Shown here: positions 1 through 9,788 of the stretch, piece by piece
How the letters are laid out: each line of letters opens with the position of its first letter
How positions within the stretch are numbered: position 1 is the first letter of the stretch
Origin: Candidatus Micrarchaeota archaeon
GTDB taxonomy: Archaea > B1Sed10-29 > JAJRYS01
Assembly: GCA_964643685.1 (NCBI GenBank)
Contig: CAZXTN010000001.1
Coordinates: 64,001 to 128,000 of the forward strand
Reading direction: 5' to 3'
DNA: 64,000 nt
The notes under the pieces: generated by a model
Told to the model about the DNA's origin: nothing
The model's database searches: none
The model's input: the letters and a program-made list of their open reading frames with translations, nothing else
Translations under genes and position numbers: made by a program

Positions 1-533
1 GAATAAAAGAAATGGAAAAAGAAACTCCTTTCATAATGAAAAGCTTCGCCACTTTATTGAATGCAGGAATGAGCTTTGAAAAAGCAATGGAAGAAATATC
101 AAAAAAAGAATACGTTTCATCAAAAGAATTTGAAAAAACACTGAATGAAATAAGACTCGGCGAAAGCGTTGAAAACGCGCTATACAAATTCAAAGAAAGG
201 AACAAGTCAAAGCAAATTGCAAAAATGACAAACCTATTAACAAGCGCATACGCAAACGGAGAAAACATTGAAATGATAAAAAAATCAGCTGAAGAGCAAA
301 GAGAAATCATAAAAAACAAAATGAAAGAATACAATGAAAAAGCAGTGCTTTACTCCTTGGCAATAATAGGCGTATCAGCAATACTACCAGCATTCACTCA
401 GGGATTCCTAATAATAGGCTCAGCATTCATGGACCTCGGAATAAGCGACATGCAAGCAATATTCCTAATCACAGTGGTTTTCCCACTGCTAAACGCGGTG
501 ATATTTTGGATATCAGCATCAAAAAAACCTTGA
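1..533 (+). CDS. Type II/IV secretion system F-family (TadC/GspF-like) membrane protein, 5'-truncated by window edge
   Basis: Frame is open from the window start. Motif LNAGMSFEKAM...EIRLGESVENAL followed by two TM helices is typical of T2SSF domains. Confidence 0.8.
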   Translation, partial: IKEMEKETPFIMKSFATLLNAGMSFEKAMEEISKKEYVSSKEFEKTLNEIRLGESVENALYKFKERNKSKQIAKMTNLLTSAYANGENIEMIKKSAEEQREIIKNKMKEYNEKAVLYSLAIIGVSAILPAFTQGFLIIGSAFMDLGISDMQAIFLITVVFPLLNAVIFWISASKKP

Positions 534-1207
534 AAAAAATAAAACAAGCAAAAAAAGAACATGAAATAGAAAACAACCTGCCAGACGCCTTGTTTCAAAT
601 GAGCGCATCCTCCTACTACCTCCCTCCAGAACAAATGCTCCTTGACATCATAAAATCAGACTACGGGCAACTAAGCAAAGAATTTGAAAAAGCCTACACT
701 GCAATAGAAAACGGCGAAAGCTGGAAAAACGCGCTTGAAAAATTAAAAAAAGACACAAAAAACAAGCACTTTGCAAAAGCAATAAACATGCTCACCCTAA
801 CATATGAAACAGGAAAAGAAGCAGGAACAGCATTAAGAGAAACAGCTGAAGAAATCGCAGAAGAAATGAGAATACAAAGACAGAAAAACACTGCAATGAC
901 AATACAAAAAATAACACTAATCGCCGCAGGCGCTTTCATAATCCCCTTAATACTAGGAGTGCTAATTTCAATGATAAACAACTTTGACTTCACAGGAATA
1001 ACTGAATTTGGAATGACTCAAATGAACTTAAAAACAATAACAAAAGCAAACCAAGCATACTTAATAGAATACGGATTGCTCACAGCAGGCTTCATCTCAT
1101 ACCAAGAAAATAGAAAAGAAAAATTCCTAAAATACGCAGCATTAATCATAATCCCCTCACTAATAATCTTCAACCTCGCAAAAATAGGCGCAATAAGTTT
1201 AATTTAA
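506..1207 (+). CDS. Type II/IV secretion system F-family (TadC-like) membrane protein
   Basis: IENNLPDALFQM...YGQLSKEF...IENGESWKNAL, then three C-terminal TM helices. True start may be TTG at 530, overlapping the upstream stop. Confidence 0.8.
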   Translation: MDISIKKTLKKIKQAKKEHEIENNLPDALFQMSASSYYLPPEQMLLDIIKSDYGQLSKEFEKAYTAIENGESWKNALEKLKKDTKNKHFAKAINMLTLTYETGKEAGTALRETAEEIAEEMRIQRQKNTAMTIQKITLIAAGAFIIPLILGVLISMINNFDFTGITEFGMTQMNLKTITKANQAYLIEYGLLTAGFISYQENRKEKFLKYAALIIIPSLIIFNLAKIGAISLI

Positions 1208-1233
1208 ATACTTGTTTTGAATTACATGAAATC

Positions 1234-1977
1234 ATGTGGGGAAGCAAAGTAAAAATAATCCTAGATAAAAAAACAAACCTAAAAAACTACACGTTAATAG
1301 AAGGATTTCCGGGAATAGGACTAGTCGGCACAATAGCAGCAGGATACATAATAGAAAAAAGAAAAATGGAACCAATAGGGCACATTGAAAGTGAATACTT
1401 CCCACCAATGGCAGCAATACACCAAGGCAAACCATACTTCCCAGCAAGAATATACAAAGACAAAACAAGCGACTTCTGCATACTCCTATCAGAATTCATA
1501 ATCCCCTCAAACATCATTTACGACTTATCAGGACAAATACTAAAATTCGCAAAAAAACAAAAAATAAGACAAATAATCTCACTAGCAGGAATGAGCTCAA
1601 CAATAAAAACAAAAGAAAAAATATTCGGAATAGCATCAAACGACGAAATGCTAAACTACTTAAAAATAAAAAAAATACCCCTAATCAACGAAGGAATAAC
1701 AACAGGAATAAGCGGAGTACTCCTAGCAAAAGCAAGCTCAATAGACTACCCAGTAACAAGCCTACTCATCAAATCAAGCATAGAATACCCAGACCCAAGA
1801 GCAGCAGCAGAACTAATACAAAAACTAGGAGACGTAATAGGACTAGAAGTAGACACAAAAGAACTGCTAAAAGAAGCCAAAACAATAGAAACAAAATTCA
1901 AAGGAATGATACAAAACATACAACAAATGAAAAACTACAAAAAAGCAGAACAAGGCGAACTACCAATGTACGGCTGA
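1234..1977 (+). CDS. PAC2-family proteasome assembly chaperone
   Basis: LIEGFPGIGLVGTIAA N-terminal motif, YPDPRAAA motif, C-terminal PMYG tail. Confidence 0.9.
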   Translation: MWGSKVKIILDKKTNLKNYTLIEGFPGIGLVGTIAAGYIIEKRKMEPIGHIESEYFPPMAAIHQGKPYFPARIYKDKTSDFCILLSEFIIPSNIIYDLSGQILKFAKKQKIRQIISLAGMSSTIKTKEKIFGIASNDEMLNYLKIKKIPLINEGITTGISGVLLAKASSIDYPVTSLLIKSSIEYPDPRAAAELIQKLGDVIGLEVDTKELLKEAKTIETKFKGMIQNIQQMKNYKKAEQGELPMYG

Positions 1978-2080
1978 ACAAACTTTTGAAAAGGTTGTAT
2001 CAAACAAGCCACCTGCACTTTGCTTGGTGACTTAATTCAAAAACCAAAGGTTTTTGAAAATGTTTTGCTTTCGGCAAAAA
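1974..2080 (+). repeat. Four-hairpin dispersed repeat, copy A
   Basis: ACAAA..TTGT-ATCAAACA-stem-TTCAAAAACC/GGTTTTTGAA-AATG-TTTTGC/GCAAAA. Same layout at 2087, 48925 and 49937. Confidence 0.8.
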
Positions 2081-2086
2081 TGACAA

Positions 2087-2252
2087 CTGAACAAACTTTT
2101 GAAAAGTCAATCACAACTTTCAGTTGCTCAAACCTTTACTTTTGACAAAGCAAAGTTTGTATCAAACAGATCATCTTCGGTGCAAAGCACCTCGATGCTC
2201 TTGTTCAAACTTCTCTGAAGTTTGAAATGTTTTGCCTTTAACAAGGCAAAAA
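2087..2252 (+). repeat. Four-hairpin dispersed repeat, copy B (expanded first stem)
   Basis: First 20 nt (CTGAACAAACTTTTGAAAAG) are identical to copy A. Stems 2-4 are most similar to copy C at 48925. Confidence 0.8.
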
Positions 2253-2438
2253 AAGCCAATCATAACTCAACCTGTCTCAAACTACTTTTTTTCACTTCAA
2301 CTCATGAAACAACCAATACTTATTTAATACCTAAAAGAGTTAATACTAAATGCGGAGGAAAAAAAGCATTCCAAAAAACACCAAACAAAACATTATTCAA
2401 ACGCAATTAGCAAATTAATCTCAAAAAGGTTCTTAAAA

Positions 2439-2978
2439 ATGACTGAATTACAAGACTTCTGGAAACTAATGTCACCAAGATTCACAGCACTAGTTACAAC
2501 AATGGACGCAAAAGGAAGAGCAGACGTAAGCCCATTCTCATGGATAACACCAGTCAGCTTCAACCCCCCATTACTAATGATAGCAGTAGGGCCAAACAAG
2601 CACTCATACTGGAACCTCACTCAGAAAAAAGAATTCGTAGTAAACATACCAACTGAAAAAATGCTTGAAAAAATATGGACAGCAGGAGAAAAATGGGACC
2701 CTGAAATATCAAAAATAGAAAGAGCAGGGCTAAAAACAGGAAAATCAGAAAAAGTAGGCCCGCCTCGATTAACAGAATGCGTAGCAAACATAGAATGCTA
2801 CCTAGAAGAAGCTAAAAAAGCAGGAGACCACATAATAATCATAGGCAGAATAGTTGCAATACACGTCAAAGAAGATTACTTAGACGACGAAGGCAGGCTA
2901 AAAGTCGACTTAATCAGAAACCCACTGCACATCGCAGACAACTTATTCGCATTCCCCTACGTGACAAAAGAAGCTTAA
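2439..2978 (+). CDS. Flavin reductase-like (DIM6/NTAB family) protein
   Basis: SPFSW.TPVSFNPPLL, EFVVNIP, PPRLTECVANIEC and GDHIIIIG motifs. Confidence 0.9.
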   Translation: MTELQDFWKLMSPRFTALVTTMDAKGRADVSPFSWITPVSFNPPLLMIAVGPNKHSYWNLTQKKEFVVNIPTEKMLEKIWTAGEKWDPEISKIERAGLKTGKSEKVGPPRLTECVANIECYLEEAKKAGDHIIIIGRIVAIHVKEDYLDDEGRLKVDLIRNPLHIADNLFAFPYVTKEA

Positions 2979-3071
2979 AAAAAGCAGACAATAACTTTTT
3001 AATAAGCAAAACCCTCTTAACAACATAATAAACTAACTCAAAAAAAAATAAGAAGAGGGAAGAAAAATAAA

Positions 3072-4244
3072 ATGCTCAACTTCTGGATTTACTCATACAT
3101 AGGAAGCTTTTTCGGAAGCATAAGCTTCGGATACTTTCTGCTGAGATACGGCTTGCCTGACATCAGAACACTTCCACAGCAAATAAAATTAGGATTAAGC
3201 GGATTCGCAGGACTCCTAATCTTCACAATAAGCGCGTTAATTTCATACTTCCTACTGACACCAATGTTTACCTATGCATTAATGCCAATACTTACTTTCA
3301 TAGCACTAATAGGCATAACAGTAAAAAACAAACTCTTCTCACCTAAAACAATAAAAATAGCAGTGCCAGTAGTGAAAATAAAACAAAAAAAACAAGAAAT
3401 GAAACAAGCACAACCTCCTGCTAAAAAGCAAAAAACTGAAAAAATAAACGTAAAACAAGTGCTTCAGAAAATTGCTGAAAAAACAAAAAAGAAACCAGAA
3501 CAAAAAACTGAAACTAAAAAAGAACAACACAAAATAGAAAAAGAACAGCAGAAAACAGAAGAAGTTAAAAAACCAGTCAAGCTTGAAATACAGCCAGAGA
3601 AACACGAACAAGGAAAGCCGAAAGCAGAAGTGCCTAAAGAATCGCCTTACCTGCTTCACAGAAGAAAAGAAAAAACAGAGGAAAAAACAACTGAAAAACA
3701 AGAAGCACCAAGCAAAACTGAAGAAAAGAGAGGAGAGAAAGAGTTATCTCGTCGTGAAAGGTACTTGAAAAGAAGAGGGTTGTTAATAGAACAAGCAAAA
3801 GCTGACTTGACAAAACCAAAAGAACTTAAGAAAGAAAGCGCGCCTCTTCCAATCATTCCAGAAGAAGAAGTGCAGCTTGAATTCGGAGAAGGGCTTGACT
3901 TAAGTGACTTAGAATCAGTTGACTCATTAAGCGAACTAAGTTCACTAGACGAAGACACTTCACTTGAAGGGTTAGGGGGATTAGATGAATTAAGCTCCCT
4001 TGACTCTGAAGACTTAAGCAACTTAGGAGGCTTAAGCATAGAACAGGAGGTTAAAAAAGAAAAAGGAATGAGCTGCCCAACATGCGGCGCAAAAAACGCC
4101 AAGATAATATACTGCCCGTACTGCGGAAAAGGATTCTGTTCAAACTGTTCATTGAAAGTGCAGAGAAAAGGAGACTTGGTAATATACCAATGTCCTAACT
4201 GCAAAAAAGAAGTCATAGTAAAAGAAGAAAAAAAAGGTATATAA
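3072..4244 (+). CDS. Membrane-anchored protein with long charged linker and C-terminal 8-Cys zinc finger
   Basis: Three N-terminal TM helices, K/E/Q-rich linker, acidic LDELSSL-like repeats, CPTC-x9-CPYC-x4-CSNC-x14-CPNC. Confidence 0.75.
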   Translation: MLNFWIYSYIGSFFGSISFGYFLLRYGLPDIRTLPQQIKLGLSGFAGLLIFTISALISYFLLTPMFTYALMPILTFIALIGITVKNKLFSPKTIKIAVPVVKIKQKKQEMKQAQPPAKKQKTEKINVKQVLQKIAEKTKKKPEQKTETKKEQHKIEKEQQKTEEVKKPVKLEIQPEKHEQGKPKAEVPKESPYLLHRRKEKTEEKTTEKQEAPSKTEEKRGEKELSRRERYLKRRGLLIEQAKADLTKPKELKKESAPLPIIPEEEVQLEFGEGLDLSDLESVDSLSELSSLDEDTSLEGLGGLDELSSLDSEDLSNLGGLSIEQEVKKEKGMSCPTCGAKNAKIIYCPYCGKGFCSNCSLKVQRKGDLVIYQCPNCKKEVIVKEEKKGI

Positions 4245-4270
4245 ACAAAAACTGATTTTAAAAAAAACAT

Positions 4271-4711
4271 ATGAACCTTAATTTTCTCAGCACTTTCCTG
4301 CTGTACCTCTGGTTTAACATAAACAATTTCAAAATATTTGTCATAGGAGGAACAGCAGCAGTATCAACAATCGCCTTCTTATTCATTTACTTCCAAGACA
4401 AGTACACAAACAAAAAGCAGCCTACAGCAGTGAAAATACTCATAGCTTTTACAATCTACTGGGTAATAAACCAAGTGCTGAACATCCTATCAGGAACATT
4501 CACAATAAACCTAAAAGCAATAATCATAAATTACATCTACTACTTCATAATAATTTACATCGGAACAATCATATACTCTAGAATAAAACAAGCAGCAAGC
4601 GAATGGGAAATGCCAAAAGCAATCAAAACATACTTAATTACCCTTGCAACAACTTTAATAATAATGACAGCCATTTACTTAATATCGCAAATAGGAGCAA
4701 GTTACATATGA
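4271..4711 (+). CDS. Hypothetical multi-pass membrane protein
   Basis: About 4 hydrophobic segments, co-oriented with neighbours. Confidence 0.65.
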   Translation: MNLNFLSTFLLYLWFNINNFKIFVIGGTAAVSTIAFLFIYFQDKYTNKKQPTAVKILIAFTIYWVINQVLNILSGTFTINLKAIIINYIYYFIIIYIGTIIYSRIKQAASEWEMPKAIKTYLITLATTLIIMTAIYLISQIGASYI

Positions 4712-5379
4712 AAACAAGACAATTAACCACAATCATACTAGCAATTGCAGTAATAACAACAATATTCACAGCAACAGCAAACTCCTACCAAAAATCAGCA
4801 AAATACGGCTGCTGGACAAACGACAACCAAACATACTACTGCCCAAAAGCAACAACAGTAAGAGACAAACAAATCACATTCTACACTCCAATAACCTGCT
4901 ACATCCTTAATTCAAGCGTGCAATGCTCAAGCGACTGCGGGCAATACGTGGACTACGGATGCTACGCATACATCTCATTCGAAGAAGCATTCAAAGTAAA
5001 CACATGCGAAAAAAAATACACAAACGAAACACTAGGAGAAGACGTAAACTGCAAAGACACTTTAATCAACCCAACTGACTTGCACTTGACAGCAGTTAAT
5101 GTCAATGAAATTGACTACTCAAAATGCACTCAAAGAGTGAATGAAAGCGTGCTGGTAATAGAATGCCCACAGTATAATGGAAAAACAGCACAGGCAATCC
5201 TTCAAACAACAGACGCTGAAATGTTCGACATAATCGACTTCAAAACACAACCAAGCTTAATTGACTTAATAACTCAAAACTTAATTTATTTAATCCTCCT
5301 TGCAGTAATAATAATACTAGCAAAAACAAATTTTATAAAGCCAAGCAAGATGAAAAAATCTAAAAAAAGGAAGAGTTGA
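4708..5379 (+). CDS. Cys-rich exported protein with C-terminal TM anchor and basic tail
   Basis: ATG at 4708 overlaps the upstream TGA (ATGA) and gives signal peptide MKTRQLTTIILAIAVI. Multiple Cys, then a C-terminal TM followed by KKSKKRKS. Confidence 0.75.
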   Translation: MKTRQLTTIILAIAVITTIFTATANSYQKSAKYGCWTNDNQTYYCPKATTVRDKQITFYTPITCYILNSSVQCSSDCGQYVDYGCYAYISFEEAFKVNTCEKKYTNETLGEDVNCKDTLINPTDLHLTAVNVNEIDYSKCTQRVNESVLVIECPQYNGKTAQAILQTTDAEMFDIIDFKTQPSLIDLITQNLIYLILLAVIIILAKTNFIKPSKMKKSKKRKS

Positions 5380-5382
5380 AAA

Positions 5383-8300
5383 ATGAAAATAAAGAAAAAA
5401 GCAAAATTCAGCTATGAAAAAGCATCCTTGTTCTTAATCATAATACTAATAGGCACTTCATTAACTCCTTTTGCTTACTCCATAAAGCCAGCAGAACAAC
5501 AAACAGACAAACTAAACTTGTTTGTAAAAATAGGAGCAGGAGGAGAAGCATGCAAAGACAAAGTCTGGATAGACAAACTTGACTGGAACGAATACCACAA
5601 ACTAGTCAACGACACAATAACACAAGTAGACGCCTTCGGAAACAAAGAAGCCGGCGAAAGAGAACAAAACATGGAAAACGCTGGAATACCCTCAAACCCA
5701 GATGCAATTGGAATGGACAAGCAGTACATACCAGGAGTAGACGGCAAACCAGCTCTCTTATACGACGTCATTGGAAAAAAAGCAGTGAACACAAACGACT
5801 ACTGCTACTTAAACAACTTAGTGACAACAGGAAGAATATCCTACGCAACAAGACTAAAAGGATTCATAAGATACTGCTCAAACAACTCAGCAGAATGCGA
5901 ACAAAGAATAACAAAAGACGAACAAAGTGAAATAGAAGACGCTATAAAAAACGAACTCAAGCCATTAAAAGAACAAATAGACAAAGACAACCCAGACTGG
6001 GAAAAAATAAAAGAAAACATTAACAAATACAAAAACGAAAACACGCAATTCAAAGAAGCACTCTCACAAACAAACTTAATAAAAGAACTTGACAAAACAG
6101 AACCAGACAAAGCAACAGTATCAAAAGAAATGGCAAACCTAGGCTCAGTGCTTGTAATAAAACAAGCAAGCACAGAAACACCAGAATCCTACGTAGAAAG
6201 CCCATCAATAGAACTAACAGTAAACGCAGACCAATTCCTACTAAGCCCAAAAACACTTCAAAACTGGCTCGCCTTCCTAAAATCATTTGCATCATTAGAT
6301 ACTGTAGTAACTGCAATGAATGTGCTTAACATGGCATCAATTGGAAGAGGAGGGAAAGGAGCAGCAGAGGTTATAGAAGGAGCTGAAACAGCTGCAAAAG
6401 CAGAGAAAGTAAGTTGGGTTACAAAATGGGGAAGAAGGTTATTTGGAACAACAGAGGGGGTTAATGCTGGAAGAGCAACAGAATTAATGAAAATAGGGGA
6501 AGCAGCAGAAATGGACGCACAAGTCCTAAAAAATGCGGAAAGGATAGCTAAAGCAACAGAAGAACTTAAAGGAGTAAATAAAGCAGATGAGATATTGAGT
6601 ATATTAAAAAAAAGATCAAATACAATAAGAGAGGCAATAGAAGATACAAATAAGGGATTAAGTAAGAACATAGAAGAATTAGAGAAAATTAAAAATCCCT
6701 CAAACGAAGTAAAGAGTTTGATAAAACAACAAAAGGATATTTTGAAAGATGGAGAGAGCCTAGTAAAAAGGTTAGAAGTTTTAGAAGGAGGAAGTAATAC
6801 AATCACAGATCCTTCGCTATTCGTAGGAGCCATTAACAAATTTGAAGAAGGGGTTAAAAATCTTAAAAATCCATCTCGTTCTTGGGAATGGTATGAAAAA
6901 ATGAAAGCATTAGAAACTGCAGGAAGCTTAAAAGGAAAAGTAGGGGTAAAAGTTTTTGAATTTATACAAGCAGTGTTCCAAAGTAAATTTTTAAATCCAT
7001 TAAAATTAATGATTAGATTTCAAAAAGTAACATGGATAACATATGGTTTAATGTGGATAAACGATCAAGCATTAAGGCAACCAATTTATGAATCAAATGG
7101 AGCATTAATGATAATAAATGAAAAAACAACAAAAACAGCACATATGAGAGAAGCACAATCTTACTTAGATATTAAAAAAACAGTAGATTCAAGAGCGTAC
7201 GCTCAACATTTAAGTGGATTAGTTGATACTTTCTGGAATTTGATAGGAGTCAAAACAGAATCAAAACTAACTAGAAAATTAAAGACAATTCAAGACATTG
7301 TATTTATTTACGACCAAGATGCTTATGCTTCAAAAATAACAGGAAACAATCCAATAAACATTGTATCAAGTCCTCTTGAAACAGGAAGCGAGTGGAAATT
7401 CTTCTCAACAGTAAATGACAAAGCAGTAGTATACAACTTCGAACACCCGAATGGATACAAAGGAGGAGGAAAATACTCAGCATTAGCATTTGAAATAAAA
7501 AACATAAATTTAGGGGCAGTAATAGCAGAGTCAAGTAATAAATTTAACACGCCATTAACAGGCCCGGTAAGAGCAATAGGAGTAATAAGAGATTTAATAG
7601 GGGCAACAATGCTATTTAGTTTTGCACCAGCATCAGCAACAGCAGCAGTGACAACAGCAGGAAAAGTTTTTTACGCATTGCCTGCAATGGCAGTAGCAGG
7701 AGTGTCAACTTATGGTGTAATTAAAGGAGCTTTCCCAATGTATACTCAAGAAATGTATGATATTACACAAGAAACAACAGCAAATGTAAACAGTTTAGAA
7801 GAGATATATGATAATCCAGATGCAACACTCTGTTCAGATGCAATTAATAAAGGAACATTTGGAGACAAGAATGCAGTAACAGCTTTAAAATGGGCTATTG
7901 CAGCAACAGCTTTCATTTCACTTGTTGCATCAGATTCAGGAATAGGAAAACCAATAGGAATAGTTTCTGATTTAATAAATATGGGATTAAGTTGGAAAGA
8001 AGAGAAGATAGAGGAGGAGGTAAATGAAAAATTAAGCAATTGTGTTGAAACTGAATTTGATGCAGTGGCTTACAAGGACATGTTAAGTGACACTGAACTT
8101 CAGCAGAATTCAGCGCAGGCTTTACAGCCTCTTCAAGAAGAAATGTTTAACTTAATGGGAAGCATGAGCCCGCAGGCAACTGAAGCTCTTCAAAGCATTA
8201 CAACCAACATTGTACAGAACACTTTAAGTGTCACAGGAGAATTATATGACAAGAATATTGTAACAACAACAGGAAAAGAAATTTACAATATTCACTTCAA

Positions 8301-9738
8301 AGACGGGGCTATAAAATGGTTCCAAAGCGACAACTGCAAGATACAATTATGCCAGCAGGAAGAAGGCACTACAAGGTATAAATGTGATACTCAGCAAGGT
8401 TACATGTTATATGATGAAAATGGAGAATTAGTTCTGGATGGCGCTCCGCAGGCATTGAGTTTATACACTGATTTTGAAACAGGAAACATGAACATAGTTC
8501 AGAAAGTAATTGAAATAGCCAAGGATTCAGAAAACCCTTCAACGCAGTTTGAAATAACAAAAGATGGAATAAAAGTTAAAAGCACTTGCTTGAAGTCAAA
8601 TATTAAAAAATTACTTGGCTTGACAGGAGACAACATGGAAAGAGTTTCAGAAAATGACATTGACTCTAAAATTGAAACAAGCCTCGGTAACTTAGAAGCA
8701 ATATATACTGAAGATGCTAACTTGTGGTTTGATGAAAACGGCTTGCTTTCAATTCAATTTACAAAAGACACTGGCAGTTACGCTGCAGGGGAAATACAAA
8801 GAGTGAAAAAGGCAAAAATAGAGTTTGAAAACACTAACAATGGATTGATGAAAATAACAGGAGATGACGGCTATTCATTAAGCCTTGAATTAGGTTCAAA
8901 AGGAGTCATTTCATTCAAAAACGGAATGCTGAGGTCAGGTTTGATTCAAACAAAAGAAGATGGAGACAAAGTTGATTTTTCAAACCAGTTCCACTTGTTC
9001 ATATACGGCTTAACTGAATTCACAGTGTCAGATATTAACAGCATAAACATAAGCGATTACTGCAATGAAGACGGCACTTTAAACGGAGTCAAGCTTCAAG
9101 CTGACTTGGCATTAGGAGACCTTGACGCAAGCCAAGTTAACAACGTATTAAGTGACATTTGCTTCAGTGAATTTGAAACTGCAAATGGAGGACACGTGTC
9201 AATAAGAAACGGGCAATTATGCATACAAAAGCCAAATGGAGAAGAAGAATGCACTGACGTAACTGAAACAGATGAGGGCTTGAAAGCAGCAGACGGCAGC
9301 ATTTGGAAAATAGAAAACGGCCCAAACGGACCTGAATGGTGGCAGTACATAAACGGCAAAAGAACAGGCAATCCTCTTCCAATACTAAACATGAACGGCT
9401 TAGGAGGAAGCTGGACAACAGGAGCAGACGGCAGAATAAGCATTAAAAACACTTTCCCATTCGCATTAAACCCTTCATTCAACCAATACGGAGCAGGAGG
9501 ACTTGGTTTAATGACTCCTCAACTGCCTCCATGGGGAGGAAGAGTAGAAGCAAAACAAGCAACGCAAGGAACAGGAGGACAAGGAACTCAAAACAATGTA
9601 ATTGCACAGTTGCCTGGATTACCTGAAAACCCATACTGGTTTGCCTTGTTCATAATCACTTTAATCAGCAGCTTGATAATCATAAGAATAAAATACTCAG
9701 ATGAAGAAGTAAAGCAAATAATTAAAAAACAAGAATAA
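5383..9738 (+). CDS. Giant exported/surface protein (1451 aa) with internal hydrophobic helices and C-terminal TM anchor
   Basis: N-terminal signal peptide, long uninterrupted ORF, C-terminal LPGLPENP-TM-RIK. Confidence 0.8.
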   Translation: MKIKKKAKFSYEKASLFLIIILIGTSLTPFAYSIKPAEQQTDKLNLFVKIGAGGEACKDKVWIDKLDWNEYHKLVNDTITQVDAFGNKEAGEREQNMENAGIPSNPDAIGMDKQYIPGVDGKPALLYDVIGKKAVNTNDYCYLNNLVTTGRISYATRLKGFIRYCSNNSAECEQRITKDEQSEIEDAIKNELKPLKEQIDKDNPDWEKIKENINKYKNENTQFKEALSQTNLIKELDKTEPDKATVSKEMANLGSVLVIKQASTETPESYVESPSIELTVNADQFLLSPKTLQNWLAFLKSFASLDTVVTAMNVLNMASIGRGGKGAAEVIEGAETAAKAEKVSWVTKWGRRLFGTTEGVNAGRATELMKIGEAAEMDAQVLKNAERIAKATEELKGVNKADEILSILKKRSNTIREAIEDTNKGLSKNIEELEKIKNPSNEVKSLIKQQKDILKDGESLVKRLEVLEGGSNTITDPSLFVGAINKFEEGVKNLKNPSRSWEWYEKMKALETAGSLKGKVGVKVFEFIQAVFQSKFLNPLKLMIRFQKVTWITYGLMWINDQALRQPIYESNGALMIINEKTTKTAHMREAQSYLDIKKTVDSRAYAQHLSGLVDTFWNLIGVKTESKLTRKLKTIQDIVFIYDQDAYASKITGNNPINIVSSPLETGSEWKFFSTVNDKAVVYNFEHPNGYKGGGKYSALAFEIKNINLGAVIAESSNKFNTPLTGPVRAIGVIRDLIGATMLFSFAPASATAAVTTAGKVFYALPAMAVAGVSTYGVIKGAFPMYTQEMYDITQETTANVNSLEEIYDNPDATLCSDAINKGTFGDKNAVTALKWAIAATAFISLVASDSGIGKPIGIVSDLINMGLSWKEEKIEEEVNEKLSNCVETEFDAVAYKDMLSDTELQQNSAQALQPLQEEMFNLMGSMSPQATEALQSITTNIVQNTLSVTGELYDKNIVTTTGKEIYNIHFKDGAIKWFQSDNCKIQLCQQEEGTTRYKCDTQQGYMLYDENGELVLDGAPQALSLYTDFETGNMNIVQKVIEIAKDSENPSTQFEITKDGIKVKSTCLKSNIKKLLGLTGDNMERVSENDIDSKIETSLGNLEAIYTEDANLWFDENGLLSIQFTKDTGSYAAGEIQRVKKAKIEFENTNNGLMKITGDDGYSLSLELGSKGVISFKNGMLRSGLIQTKEDGDKVDFSNQFHLFIYGLTEFTVSDINSINISDYCNEDGTLNGVKLQADLALGDLDASQVNNVLSDICFSEFETANGGHVSIRNGQLCIQKPNGEEECTDVTETDEGLKAADGSIWKIENGPNGPEWWQYINGKRTGNPLPILNMNGLGGSWTTGADGRISIKNTFPFALNPSFNQYGAGGLGLMTPQLPPWGGRVEAKQATQGTGGQGTQNNVIAQLPGLPENPYWFALFIITLISSLIIIRIKYSDEEVKQIIKKQE

Positions 9739-9788
9739 GAAAAGAAATACTTCAGTTTTTTATACTCCTTGTTCTTTACTCTAATTTA

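Noticed and set aside
1974-2252. Hammerhead ribozyme or ordinary terminator as the identity of the four-hairpin repeat
   Set aside because: No CUGANGA core in the right context. Four conserved stems with fixed linkers exceed what an archaeal oligo-T terminator needs.
2222-2410. 62-aa ORF in the intergenic region
   Set aside because: Starts inside repeat copy B at a TTG, with no RBS or motif support.
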